This document shows, one piece after another, positions 38,201 to 50,578 of a stretch of 64,000 bases of DNA. Below the pieces are notes generated by a model. The model saw only the letters and a list, made by a program, of their open reading frames with translations, was not told the DNA's origin and searched no databases. The translations under genes and the position numbers were made by a program. Source of the DNA: Acanthaster planci (lineage: Eukaryota); the NCBI RefSeq assembly GCF_001949145.1, contig NW_019091355.1, positions 4,909,518 to 4,973,517 on the forward strand, read 5' to 3'. The number at the start of each line of letters is the position of its first letter. Position 1 is the first letter of the stretch.

Positions 38201-41200
38201 AAACTGCGAGTGTAGTAAACATCTAGGGTCACCTTTAATAGAGAAAGTCCGTTTCCCACATATGATACCTAGTACTGCCCTCTATGGCCCGCTCCGTCGA
38301 CTATCATAATTATTTGCATGCTTTTCTCTTTTTTCCCCCCATAAGTAAATTTGAAATATCAAAATCCTTTCGTTGTGGCTCTCTTTAGGAGGCCACATTC
38401 CGAGGCACCGGGTCCGTCTTCACGTCTCCCGGGGTCAGCGTGACACGGCCCGGGTCATGCCAGCGATCACGTGAAGTCATCCGCAAAAAGACGAGTGGGG
38501 TGCTGCAGAGACGTGGGGAGACGACACTCCAACGAGAGCCGCTGGTCATCCCAGATTTCAAGCCTATCGTCGACAGTGGTTTCACAGGTTGCAGCATCAT
38601 CGACGTCAACTACTTCATACGTGTAAGTTCCCGAAGCGATCCGATCTTAATTTATCTGCATTGGTAAGTAAATGTTATACGATGATGTCGGGAATAATGG
38701 TAATAAAAGTGACCACAAAAGATTGTCATGTTCACAAGTTGAATACAGCAAGATTCGAATCGTTATCCAGACTTCACTGAAGACGAAGTATGAGTGAATC
38801 ACTGATACACCTTGTGACTAAGATAGTTTAGACAAATATAATGAGGGTGCCAAAATACAGATGGAGATGAAGACAAGAGAGACGCTGGTAGAGAAGTCTT
38901 CGCTGATCACGTGATTACCAGAATGTTCGTCTGAGCTTGCCAAAACACCCGTCACTCAATGGCCCCAGTTCTATTCTCATAACTTTTTTTTTCTCCGGCA
39001 GGTAAGTCCGATACTTAGCCGTCTACATCGATCAGCTGATACAGAAGTCTTGCTGCCTATCTTTATAGGGCGTGTCCCTTTCTCAGCTCTCCCTTCATAT
39101 CACGCATCAGCTTCCCACTTGGTCCATCCTGTTGGTAAGTTAAAAAGTGTTTCTGTTCATGATCCCGCATGATCGTCTTGCTGTTGAAGCATTCCAACAG
39201 AGGGGCGTGTCTCATCTTATCGTGCATCAATCTCCAAGTTTTACTGCTTTGAGACGCATAGTGGCGGCAGACAAACCTGTCCTTTTCCAGGTTGTGCGCG
39301 TGCTCAGAACTAATATGCGCATGCCTAGCACTGCACGCACATGCCCACATCAACCATAGAGATCATAAGTAGAACATCAACCAAAAGGGACCGTTTTGTC
39401 TGTCGCCACCAAGCATCTCGAGGTATCATTTTGGTAGGGCCGTGAATGTAATACCTTTTTGAATGAGGGGTGAATCCTAATTAGCCTCCAAGACACAGAC
39501 TGCTTGCCATTTACTTCCTATTATAAACATTAGAATTACCCGATCTGCAATTCTGACATCTTTGACACCCCGTGGTGCTATGTTCCACACATCAAATTGT
39601 TCAAACTCGAATATGTGTAAACTTTCTGGTTCTGTCCTTCTCTTTCAAAATTAGAGCCACCTCCAAGCTACGAGATAGCAACGTCTTTCCGTTACAACAC
39701 TCCACAAGAACACGTCGGCGGTGCTTTTGTGAACCAAGCATATTCTCCAATTACAGAGGATACCACTACGCCACATGATCCCAGTGGCCTCACTGTTGCA
39801 CTTCCGCCTGTGGCGGCAAACAGCGATGCTTCAGCCCATCAATGGGTACCTGGCGAGCGCCAACAGTCGCAGTCTGTAGATCAGCACGACAGCAGACCAG
39901 CCCATCCCCGCCCGCGTCCCGTCATCCCCCCTCCTGGAATTCGTTCGAGTGCCGTAACGGGCACGCGAGGCATTGTCAACCCCGTATTCACGACAGACAC
40001 GAGGGATGAGCAGGACGGTTCAGCTGAAGAGTCACGCGGACGGCCGACAAATGAGGAGGCATCCTCCCCAGAGGTGCGTCAAGAGAGTACTGCGCCAGTT
40101 GAAGATGAACCCCTTCCCTCACCCCTGCCACCGCCGCCCCTGTTGTCATCGCCTACTGAAGAGGTGTCCAAGGATAGGACCATAAATACAGCCCACGATA
40201 CTCGGCTTCGCGACGTCAGAAAAACAAGACTAAAACAAGAGGAAAGGCGTGACCGGGCATTTTCACGCGAGAGTGCGACATACTTCCTCCCGAAGTACGA
40301 AAGGCAGCTACTCGGCCGTGTTACATCCCAAGACGACACGGAGGAAGACGCAGAGCCAGCCCAGGTCAGATTGCACTCTTTTTTCCTTCCCATTTCCGCG
40401 GAATCGGAGTCGGTAGAGATCCTCGGGTCTGACCTAGCGGTCGAGCAAACAGCACCAAGTAGGGAAACACTACCGCCCCCGTCGCCTTGGAAGGATGAAC
40501 AACCCAATCTGTCAGTTGTTCCCATTTACCATGAAGAAGCTTCCACAAGCCCTGAAGTCCAAACACTTATTTTAGAGGAGCCTGCAGCAACTGCCTCAAT
40601 TTTCCTAAATCAAGAGGCAGCTCCTCAAGTTATTAAAACAGACGACTGGGAAAAGTACACTGCGCCGGAGACTGATAACGAGGATGATTCTGAGAACAAG
40701 ATAACAGCTCCCGATGTCCCCGAAGATAACATGGGGTCTAAATCTTCTGAAACGTCGTTCGTGCCTGTCCATGCAACACCACAAAAGAGCAAGAAACCTG
40801 TTGGAAAGCAAGACCTGAATCATTCCCCGTCAACCTCTGGTTTTGTCGAATTACCACCGTCTGAATCCAGAGAAGTATCTCCTGGACAGGTCGATCGATC
40901 GAAAGACTCTATCCAAAGATCCAAAAGGCCTCCTCGTCTAGCACCCTCGAGCAACCTCAGCAATCAGTGGCCTGATGACAGTCCCTTGTCACCTTCGAAG
41001 GAATCCCTGTTTGGAAATGTTCGAATTGTGCACGATACTTTATGGCAGCATTCGAGGACGCCCTCTCCTTATTTCCACCCAGATGAAGGCCGATGGGATC
41101 AAGACGAGGTGTCCTCCGTGTCCAGCTTCGGCTCCTACTCCCCGTCGGCACACACCCCTCGCGAAAGGAGCTGTGCCAGATCATCCGATGTTGCGGGGAG

Positions 41201-41906
41201 ACGGGAGGTCAGTACGCTGCCGAAAGGAAAGCCATCAAGCCGCGGGTTGAGAGAATCTGCCTTAGCGAGTCTCGATACGCGAAAACGGGGGTTGAGGCAC
41301 TCGACATCTCATCCAATCACACAAGACTCGAGAGGAAGCTCCTCTGAACGTCAACGTGGCTCGAGGAAAGAAAGAAATTCGTCCTCCGACCTCCATCCCC
41401 GCCCCGACCTAAGAAGAGTGCAGAAGGCGATCTCTCTGCCAACTATGGATCAGCCTTGGACCGCGTCATCGTCACTTCGCATGGCGGCACTGAGGCTGGA
41501 TCGTGATATCTATCAGTCAAGGAGCCAAGGCAATAAAAATTGGCACACCGTGGACGGGGCACAGTTTTCCACACTGCCAGAGGATCATTCTCACCGCGCA
41601 CATGATACTTCACCAACCCACCTAAATGCAGCCGGATACCAAGAGAACGTCAACAAGAAACGATCTTCAAAGATTTCCGCCACTGCAAATCAGCAAAACG
41701 AGGAACCAAGACTTCCCCCTGCCGAGAGGCGAAAGACAGCATCATCTGCGCCCTCGGTCAGACAGTATCACCAGGAGTCGGTTACGGAAGAAGGAAAAAT
41801 CCCAAAGCTGAATTCAAGTCTGCCTTATTATAGCATCGATCGAGCTTATTGGGACGAGCAGGATGGGCTGGAGTCAGACAAACATAGGCTCGAGACTTTT
41901 GTCTGA
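35278..41906 (+). CDS. Alpha-arrestin (ARRDC/TXNIP family) with a very long C-terminal tail, ~1103 aa
   Basis: Exons 35278-35419, 36099-36245, 37133-37356, 37754-37933, 38389-38622, 39002-39134, 39655-41906 (3312 nt, open frame). Arrestin_N motifs: Y.PG..LTGVV.L, G.AKTNW.E, LPFQFHIP..LPPAYEG.GGHVRY. Arrestin_C motifs: CC..G...A..DRRAYVPGE, CSIIDVNY, LPIFIG.VP. These are followed by PPPSY. Confidence 0.9.
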
Positions 41907-43237
41907 GGAATAATGTTAGCATTATTTGTTGTCGTCCTATCTCGAGGTCTCGCTCTCAGAAAGACTTGCACCCTCAACTTCACGCTACTTCGGTAAAATT
42001 GATGTGTTTGTTTTTCAACAATGTTGTCGTGTCAAGCTGTGTATTCCGTCAAGGTACAAATTTGATAGCCTTTATTAACCATCGTCGAACAGTGCCATCC
42101 ATTTTTTTTAAGTTTCGAAGTCACGTTCTCTATATCACATACCCATACACTTAATTGTACATAAGGCACAGTACTCTTCATATAGATCACGTAACACTGA
42201 TAAAAACAAGTGCATTACAAGCTTATATGTCGTACCTATATCACTTTCTGTTTAGTGTGATACACTGGGTTATGCACAATGTGAATATTACAAGTCTCAG
42301 TTAGTTTTTGTCCTTTCAAGAAAAAGTGTTTACCAACAATAATCAATGAGATATTCTCTTGACTTGTTTATGACGTTGTCTGTTAAAAAAATGTTTCGTG
42401 ATATGCGGCTTTGTGTTAAAAGATAATAAATCTGGCACAGATTACTACTTTGTTGCAATTGCCAACAGTGCCTAGAGGAATTATGCAATTCTACTTATCA
42501 ATTGATCTCACTTTGCCAGATTTACTGTTGTAAGTGTAATACGGTACCAATTTAAAGTGAGGTGTGTACTCGTAAATAGAATTGTAACAAAACATACGTT
42601 TTTCAAAAATTTTACTGTTCTTATTATTTAGTATAAATTATGTCGATAACATAATTGCAATACAGTGACTTAGATTGGCCATTCTTCACATCCAAGACAA
42701 AAAGAGGGCGGTATTTTCCTTTGCCCATGTATATTTGTATAAAGTGATGTGTATGACTTTCAAAAAATGAAGACTGGAAATCGATATCAAAAAGGAATAA
42801 TTTTATGTGAGTTTAACTGAGCTGTGTGAGCAAAGCGCAATAAATGCAATGTTGAGTTGCTGTACACTTTCAAGCCAATAAGCTCATGCAAATTCATCCG
42901 CAAACATCAAAGGGTAATTTTTTACAGAGTGAATAATTAACTTGCTGGTCCCACTGTGACCTAGAATTTAATCAAGCTCCCTTCGACCTTGCCCAAAACC
43001 CAAACGGACCACTCTGCCGACAGTATCGTCGGAGTGTTTGGCTTTGGGGTTGTGCGATGTAAGATCAATTGACTTTTCAGTACGCGGTGATAAACCTAGC
43101 AGGGTTTATTTTGCGCTTCTTCAAGAGGTCGTCTGGGAGAATGTTTTTTACACAATGGGGCACTGCTATTTTGTAAGAATTTCTACGTCTGGGTTATGGT
43201 CAAGCTGGGGGCTGAATCTCTGTCGCCGCCTGTTGAT

Positions 43238-43932
43238 ATCAATCAATCAACCAATCAATCAATATGACGTTTATTTCCATATTGGCGAAGATCAGGAAAA
43301 GTTAACAATAACAGTACAAATATATAAATCAATAAATTATTATAGAGAAACAAAAAAACAAGAAATACATAGATAAAATAAAAGGAAAACCAGTATGGGG
43401 GCTTTTTCAGAAGCCGGGAAGCTTGTATTGAAAAGCTCTGGACAAAACAAACTTTACAGAGAGACAAACAAACAGCGAGACAACAAAAACAACAACAGCA
43501 ATAAATTTACTTAAAAGGAAATACCTTATGACGGAAATAAAAATAATGGAAAATGACGATAATAAATTTGGTACTTGTATTAACAATGACAATAGGGAAT
43601 TATGCGGAAAGACGACATGAAACTTGCAAAAAGAGAAAAAAACACAACAGTGTGATGAAAAGGCAGAAATACATCAGGAAAGAAGGAAACTAAGCTGTGT
43701 ATTTCGAAACCAAAAATAATCTGAGAAAGGCCTTGAATCGACTCAAAGACAACTTTGTTTTCAAAGCTTTGTCAAGACCGTTCCACAAACGTAGCCCCTG
43801 AAACCTAAGTGTTCTAAGAGTGCATGCTGTGTGGGTGAAAGGAACGTAAAGATTGTTAAGAGACCGAGAGCTGTGCCCATGAGTATCGCGAACTGCAGAA
43901 AAGTAGACAATTAAGTTGGAGACAATTAACAA
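43238..43932 (-). mobile_element. 3' end of a CR1/L2-group LINE (ORF2 C-terminus, 3' UTR stem-loop, AATAAA and (ATTG)n tail)
   Basis: ORF 43690-43932(-) ends ...LRFQGLRLWNGLDKALKTKLSLSRFKAFLR, the typical LWN.L...K...S...FK..L ORF2 terminus. An ACAAGC..GGCTT hairpin lies near 43410-43420, AATAAA at 43275-43270, and TTGATTGA repeats at 43238-43263. Confidence 0.75.
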
Positions 43933-44106
43933 GACTTAACAAAACAATAATATATTTACAGCAAGAAAAAGAGGGATGAAGTGTCTTTGTAAAAGACCTA
44001 TAATCAAACAAACAAGGTAACAAAGATGGAAGCTAGAGCTAGAGTAAAACAAAGTAATGACTAAAATGAACGTAATCAGGAAGGCTAGCGAACAAAACAA
44101 GAGTGA

Positions 44107-44883
44107 TCACAGAAGCAGGTAAAAACTGAAAGGTGACGCATGAAACAAATGGAGATAAATAAAGTAATCGCATATGTCAATCTTCAGGCGTTGAGCAGCA
44201 GAAGCAAAGGAAATGTAGGTGGGGATGCTGATGATTAGTGGGGCTTGATTGTAACAGTGAGCTACAGAGCCATCCTTACGCCTCCACTTACCAGCCATTA
44301 CGAACAGGTACTTGATGCCTTCTTGGTAGGCTTTAGCAGCATGGCGTTGGCGCCGTAGGATCGATATTTTATCCTGGTAGCAATTTAGCTTCATCAGTAG
44401 GTGTTGCAGTTTCCCATCTGATTTGGGGCCATCACGATGAGCTCTTTCCATCTTAACGTCGGCCATGTCAAACTTGTCACTCAGTAGCTTCTTTGATAGG
44501 GCTAAGCAGCCCTCTCCGGGCTTTTGTGGCAGGCCAATGATTCTCAAATTATTCCTGCAGGAGAAGCATTCCAGTTTGTTGAGTTGTTGTGCCTGATCTG
44601 CGATGATTTTCTCTGCCTTTGCCATCTTCGATACAAGCAGATCAAGGTCACCCATTTTGGATTCCAGATCACTGACACGCTTACTCTGTAACTCTGTTGT
44701 TTCGTTGATGTTGGCTTCCAAGTTGTCTATACAATTACGTAATTCCACCTGCCCAGCACGAATTTCAGTATAGTGACTGGCGAACAAAGCTTTCAAATGT
44801 CTCTTGCTCGGTGTCGGAAATCGACGCAGCCTTGCCACGTAGTGTAGCCTGTGGCGATAGTACAGGAGGAGGCTCAGTTTCAC
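44107..44883 (-). mobile_element. Degenerate LINE ORF1 (L1-type coiled coil plus RRM / Tnp_22-like)
   Basis: A heptad region is followed by LECFSCRNNLRIIGLPQKPGE...MERAHRDG...LLMKLNCYQDKISIL, matching the LE.RSRR.NLRI.GLPE ... IERAHR.G ORF1 motifs. Confidence 0.8.
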
Positions 44884-47514
44884 TCACAGATTTTTTTGTT
44901 TTCTCTGGCATGGCTTGGGTGATACTCCTTCAAATTGATCACAGAACAGGAACAATGTAGCCTTGACGTTTTGATTTGGAAAATAGCAGGTGGAATGTAT
45001 GATTATGGTTGTGTGGGTGTTATAACGTAGAAGCAAGTGATAACAACCAAAAGAACGGAACAAACGCAAAAATGGTTGTCTAAGACTTCAACAACCTTTT
45101 ATTACAAGACACACCCTTATATACACACACTACACTACTTAAACCATTCAACTGTAAAGCAATGAGCAGAACCAATGTCCAATCGGCATCTTAGTTAGCT
45201 ACATAACAATTTCAGGAATTCGTCAGGTGAGTGTACTTCTCTGTAACATGTACTTATTTAAATCATACAATACCACAGTAGGTTGCTATGTTGTCAGACC
45301 CTCTTAGTCGTGAAACAAAAATAAAAAGGCTTTAAAGTATTGATTTGTGCAGGGATAATGTAGGAGGAAAAGTAAGAAACATGGATGATTAATTTCTAGC
45401 ACTGAAAGTAACCAATCTATTTGTTACATTTAACGTTTATTTTGAGAACTTTTCAAGTCAGGATTTCAGACTTTTTCGGTTTTTTTTCTTAATCTTGCGA
45501 TGTAGATTTTTACTCTTCATAAGAATACGTGGTCTCAAAATTTGAAATCAATTTTGAAGTCACTAAACAGTTTGTTTCACTGTGAGCGTCAAAGTATCTG
45601 AAACAGTAACAATTCAAAGAGTTCCCAAAACCAAACGTCAACCAAAAACTCATTGACAACAAATGTTTACTGTGAAAACTTTAGAAAAAATTTGAGGTAA
45701 AGATAGTTCCGCAAAATGTGAACAAATATGTAATTCGTTAGTTCATATGTTCTTCGGAAACACTGACTTAATAATTTAGGTACTTGCAAACCCCTTCTGA
45801 AAACAATAGAGCAAAGTCAGAAAACGTCACTCGGAGACACACTACAAATAAATCAATGCTATTGAAGATCAAGCGAAGTTAGAATAAGCAAAATCAAATA
45901 GCCAGGTTATATTGCATGAGGCTGGATGTCGCCACAGTCCCAGTTTCTCTCTATTTTCTTCGCCAAACTGACCATCTCAGCTCTGATTTCCCACAAGCAG
46001 CGGGCATTTTCCTCGGTTACGTGCTCTGTGTTGGGTTTGGCAGGTGCGCAATCACTAACAGATAAATTTTTTTTAAAAAGAGCAAATAAATTGCGATAAA
46101 ATCTCACTGCGGCAAGATATGAATTCGACACATTTTGTATTGATTCTGTGGCGTTTCCAAACATTCTCAACGACGACTAATATAATAACATATTTAGTTC
46201 AAATTTACAAGGTCTCTTCCACGTTGCAGACCAGTAGACCTAAGCTGCCCTGGACAATGAAAAACATCTCTCCTCCAACTCCAAAAATCAGGTGAAATAC
46301 AAATTTCTCGGGTGTTTGAGGCACACATCTCTCATTTTCTCTCACATTTTTGTTGGGGGGGTTGAACGATTGCTTTTGAAAATAAATCTGTCCCAAGATG
46401 ATCCGCCTTAAAAATAGTCGTGAAGCCTTTGCAATTTTGAAAGTTTGTGCCACCTTCACTCCACTTCAGTAAAGCGCATTTGAGGGACTGTGTTTTGCCC
46501 AAATTTCCTAGAAATATAAGCTAGCAGTCCTGTTAGTACACCTTCCATTTCTAATATTTTGTTACAACCCTCCAGTTCGTTCGCGTGTCACAGATGAATT
46601 TGCCAGGATGCAAGTTCTGACTTGGTCCACGCAGCAGTGTTGGGGATACTTACTGGTCCGCAACCACTGCGACTAAAGGGTGTCATTTAATTTCATTATC
46701 AGGAAAATCCGCCTTAATTGGGCAGAAGCACCCCCTCATCGGTTAAAAAAGAGCAATGCTGGTCGGGAGTGTTCATTTTGTTGGTAGCGATGCAACGCTT
46801 CGATTTCCATGTCATAGTCGTTTGTGAACCAGCAAAGCACAGTTACCACTGGAGGAGCCCTTGTTCCTGTAGGAATATTGCTCCATCTCTTGATCCCACT
46901 CACTAAAGTACATCGCTGCACTGGCTGAGACGGATAGCCAGGTATGAACAGCTCCCCAAACTGTTCTTGCGCGGATTCAAAACCTTGCCGTTGGTTGGGT
47001 TTCAAAAACTGGACCCCCCCCCGTTCAAGTTGTAACGTTACTGTTTACTACTGTTTGTTGTTTGATAAAAAAAGGGAAAATGTCATATATGGCATTTTGA
47101 GGCTCCCGTACATGTATTAGCATGCCGTGAGTGGAACGCACATTAAAGCACTGCCTCTGAGCCTACGCCTGAGTACACGTACACGAGTACATTACATCCA
47201 AAATGCATAGCTGAGCTACCGGTAAGAGACGCTGGGAATGCAAGGAACGAGAACGAGTAATACTAGGGGGCGCTACAATTCCAAGATTTGCGGGTGCGCA
47301 ACAATTACATAATCAATCAAAATTCTAATGAAATGAAGTTTTCAGAAAGAAAAATTAAGAGACTACCTGGATTGTTAGGCAGCATGGCCAGGCCCCGGCC
47401 GGTGGCAAGGTGGCACAGGAAAGTGTGAAGCTCAAACCTTTCACCAAGAGAGGGCGCTGTGACTAGTTACTCTCTCACCTTTCTTGGGCGATCTGAAGTG
47501 GTTCGGGGTGCAGA

Positions 47515-49002
47515 CTATGGAATGCCAAAGATGCAAAAAAGTGGAGGCAAGACGTCGATCGTTCTTCAACATCTATCGATTGTTCCCTTTCATCGATCGA
47601 TCGTTCCCCTACATCGATCGATCTCTTTTCATCGATGAGAAAAGAGCGATGGAAAAAGGGTGATGACATCATAGTGCGATAAAGAAAGACCGACGGAGCC
47701 GCATCGATGACAGCGTTACGCAACCCCTTTCAGTACCAAGTAAAGCACGTGTTCTCCAGGCTGTAACCATCACCCACCAGCACTCAAGGCCACCCGTGTT
47801 CATAACCTCAGTGTCAGTCTGGTAGACCCAATACAAGAATATCATATCTATTTCCCCCTAGTGGGTGGGATGCTAGTTCGTTATGGGCTGCTCTCGAGCC
47901 AATGTGGGCACCCATTCTTACTCCTAGTGGCCCGAATTTTATTTTCCACACTAATAACATCCCGGCAGAACCGGCAGAACCACTTTTTTTCATTCATTTT
48001 ACCTAGTTACCTGGCTATGCACCTCCAACACACTGATGAACACACTTTTTCCTTCCGAATTTAAAAGATCTCAATCTAATTTGTCAACTTGTTTCAATTA
48101 CCTTTCAATGATCTCAAGAGCAAAGTGGATGAGTTGCAGTAAGTCCAGTACATTGTATTATGCACAGTTAAACTGGTACTATTACAAAAGTAAAACCAGA
48201 AAAGTTATTTGGCAGCCTATAAGCGTTACGATTAAGACTACATAGGCTCAATTATATTGTAATACATGTGAAAAAAATCCTTAACCCATGGAAATTACAC
48301 AGTAAGTTCTGCACGTTCAGCAGCCTTAGATGAAATAATTCCCTTTTTGGAGGGTGTCACGCAATTTTCAGAAATAATGAAGAATAATTTCCTTTGGCAG
48401 CTTCAAGAAGGTTGACTTTTTGAATAGCATCTGACACAATAGCTCCACCGGCATGTTATTAGTGGGTAAAATACAATTTGAGTCATTAGGAGTAAGCATG
48501 TCTGCCCACAGTGGCTAGCTTTAGGGAGCGACCCATGAAGAACTGGTATCCCATCGAGGGGAAAATAAAAAAAATGTTCTCAGTGATTTTATGACGAGGA
48601 AACTTGGATATAAACACCCACCTGAGAACCCAATTGGCTCAGACCAGACTGACGGCCAATGAACAGGGGTGGCCTTGAGTGCTGGTCGGCTATGGTTACA
48701 GAGAACATGTGCTTTATTTGGTACTGGAAGGGGTTGCGTAACATTGGTATCGCTGCAACTTCGTCGGTCTTTCTTCATCAGTCTTTCGTCGCACTTTTGT
48801 CATCGTTCTTTTTCCATCACTCTTTTTTCATCGCTCTATCTTCATCGATTAAAAGAGATCTACGTAGGGGAACGATTGATCGATGTAGGGAACAATCGAT
48901 TGATGTAGAAGAACGATCGATCGATGTAGGGGAAGAGTTGATCGATATCGAAGAACGATCGATGTGTTGCCTCCAAGTTTTTGCATCTTTGGCATTCCAT
49001 AG
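47515..49002. mobile_element. ~1.49-kb foldback element with 320-370-bp inverted arms and a 4-bp flanking duplication
   Basis: CAGA|CTATGGAATGCCAAAGATGCAAAAA ... TTTTTGCATCTTTGGCATTCCATAG|CAGA. The arms (about 47515-47835 and 48630-49002) carry ~21-bp ATCGATCG-rich subterminal repeats. Confidence 0.8.
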
Positions 49003-50232
49003 CAGACCACTAATTCAAGTGAGAATAACCGGCCAGCTCATTAGCATTAAAGTGCTCCCCACAGTGTCTTTTGAAAAAGGAGACAGTTTGGCCCCCAAAA
49101 TGGTGAGATTGTGTAAATCCTTGCCAGGATCAACACCCTGGGTCTTTGGGCTTTCATATGAGAGCAGAATGACTAAAAACTACGGTTGAAAAATGGTCCT
49201 ATTAAAGTGCCCCAGAAAGTTGATGGTTGCCACTTGAAAAAATGGCTGCAATCAAACTTTGGAAAAATCAAAATGATTTTGTTTTGTAGGAATAATTAAA
49301 AATGTAATTGGTTAACCCTCAAAAATTGAAAAGAAAATGAAAGATTAGTGACAAGACAATAGTTTCATTTGTGTTTCAGAAATCTCAGGCATGTTGGCAT
49401 GCATGTTATTGGGCCCTAAACAGTGCTGATTTTACACTGTTTTCAATGGGACTTGGATTAGTGGACTGTACCCTTCGCTGCTACCCTCACACTATCCCAC
49501 AGACATATAAACCCATAGACGGGGCAGCTCCTATTCAACAACAGCAGGGTACCGTAGCCGAAACGGCACCCGACTAAATACCGGTACAAAAGCGTGGGCA
49601 AATTCACCCCTCGGTACCCTGCCTCGGTATAGGGAATTTACGCACAGTTGAAGAATTCCAGCCATGAAATTCTATGAAGCCATTTTCGATTGTGAAGGAA
49701 AAAATCCTCCGTTTACTTAATCTGACCAAGCAACTTTGAAACAATGCAGTTTGAACATTTGAAAAGAAGAGATAACAGTACCAAAGAGTAAAAAATGAAA
49801 CGCATTCATGAACAAAGTCACGCATTGCTTTTCATCGTTTCGCCCACTAGTACTGCTTGCCCACGCTTTTTAAAATCAAGATTACACGTGCAAGACTGGT
49901 GGTCTGTGCGTTTATGTCTGTCTGGGGTCTATCCATAGACTTGCGTTTATATTTCTGTGGGTCCGTATCCGCCTTGAGGAGAAGCACACTCTCATCGGTG
50001 AGTCATGTTGGTTGGGAGCGTTTATTTTGCTGGTAGCGACGCAACCGTAACGTGTACATGCATTTTATCATTTCATTTCAAGCGAAGTGAACTTCGGCCA
50101 AAGGAGCCTCCATTACTAGGAAAATTGCGCCCCCTCTTGGTCGAGCTAGGGGCTAACTGTCACAAGCGCCCGAAGTAAAAATAAAAAAAAACAGGTATTC
50201 TTGTGTTTGCTTTGCTGGTTCATTCATATCCG

Positions 50233-50578
50233 AATGGGCGTAAATCCCATGGGGATGGGGGTATATACCCCCCCTTTCAGGGGGGATGGACTAATAAATC
50301 ATCTTTCCCCCCCCACACACACACTTTTTGTAGTAAGTAAAAACGTCAAGCGTATTGTGAAGAACTATTGGGACTTCCCAACAACTGATATGCATTCAAT
50401 ATCACTCCCTCCCCCCAAAAAATTTAAAAGGCCATATTGCAGATATTCATCAATATCATATATCATGTCACGTGTTGTCATCCCTTCACCCCGCTTTTCA
50501 AATTTCCATGGCCAGGCATGTCAACCCCCCCCCCTTTCCCACCCCACCCCCAATTTATGGCACAGATTTATGCCACTG
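50233..50578. mobile_element. hAT-like MITE (GGCGTAAAT family; related fragments at ~8995 and ~21945)
   Basis: ATGGGCGTAAATC...GATTTATGCCACTG termini with internal G and C runs. Confidence 0.55.

Noticed and set aside
39729..41906. The 725-aa ORF as an independent intronless gene
   Set aside because: It starts at GTG, and its frame continues upstream through PPPSY to an acceptor at 39654 that is in phase with arrestin exon 6.
48659..49189. 176-aa ORF (and 47475-47723) with repeated SIDV.ER motifs
   Set aside because: Translation of the 21-bp subterminal repeats of the foldback element, not a protein.
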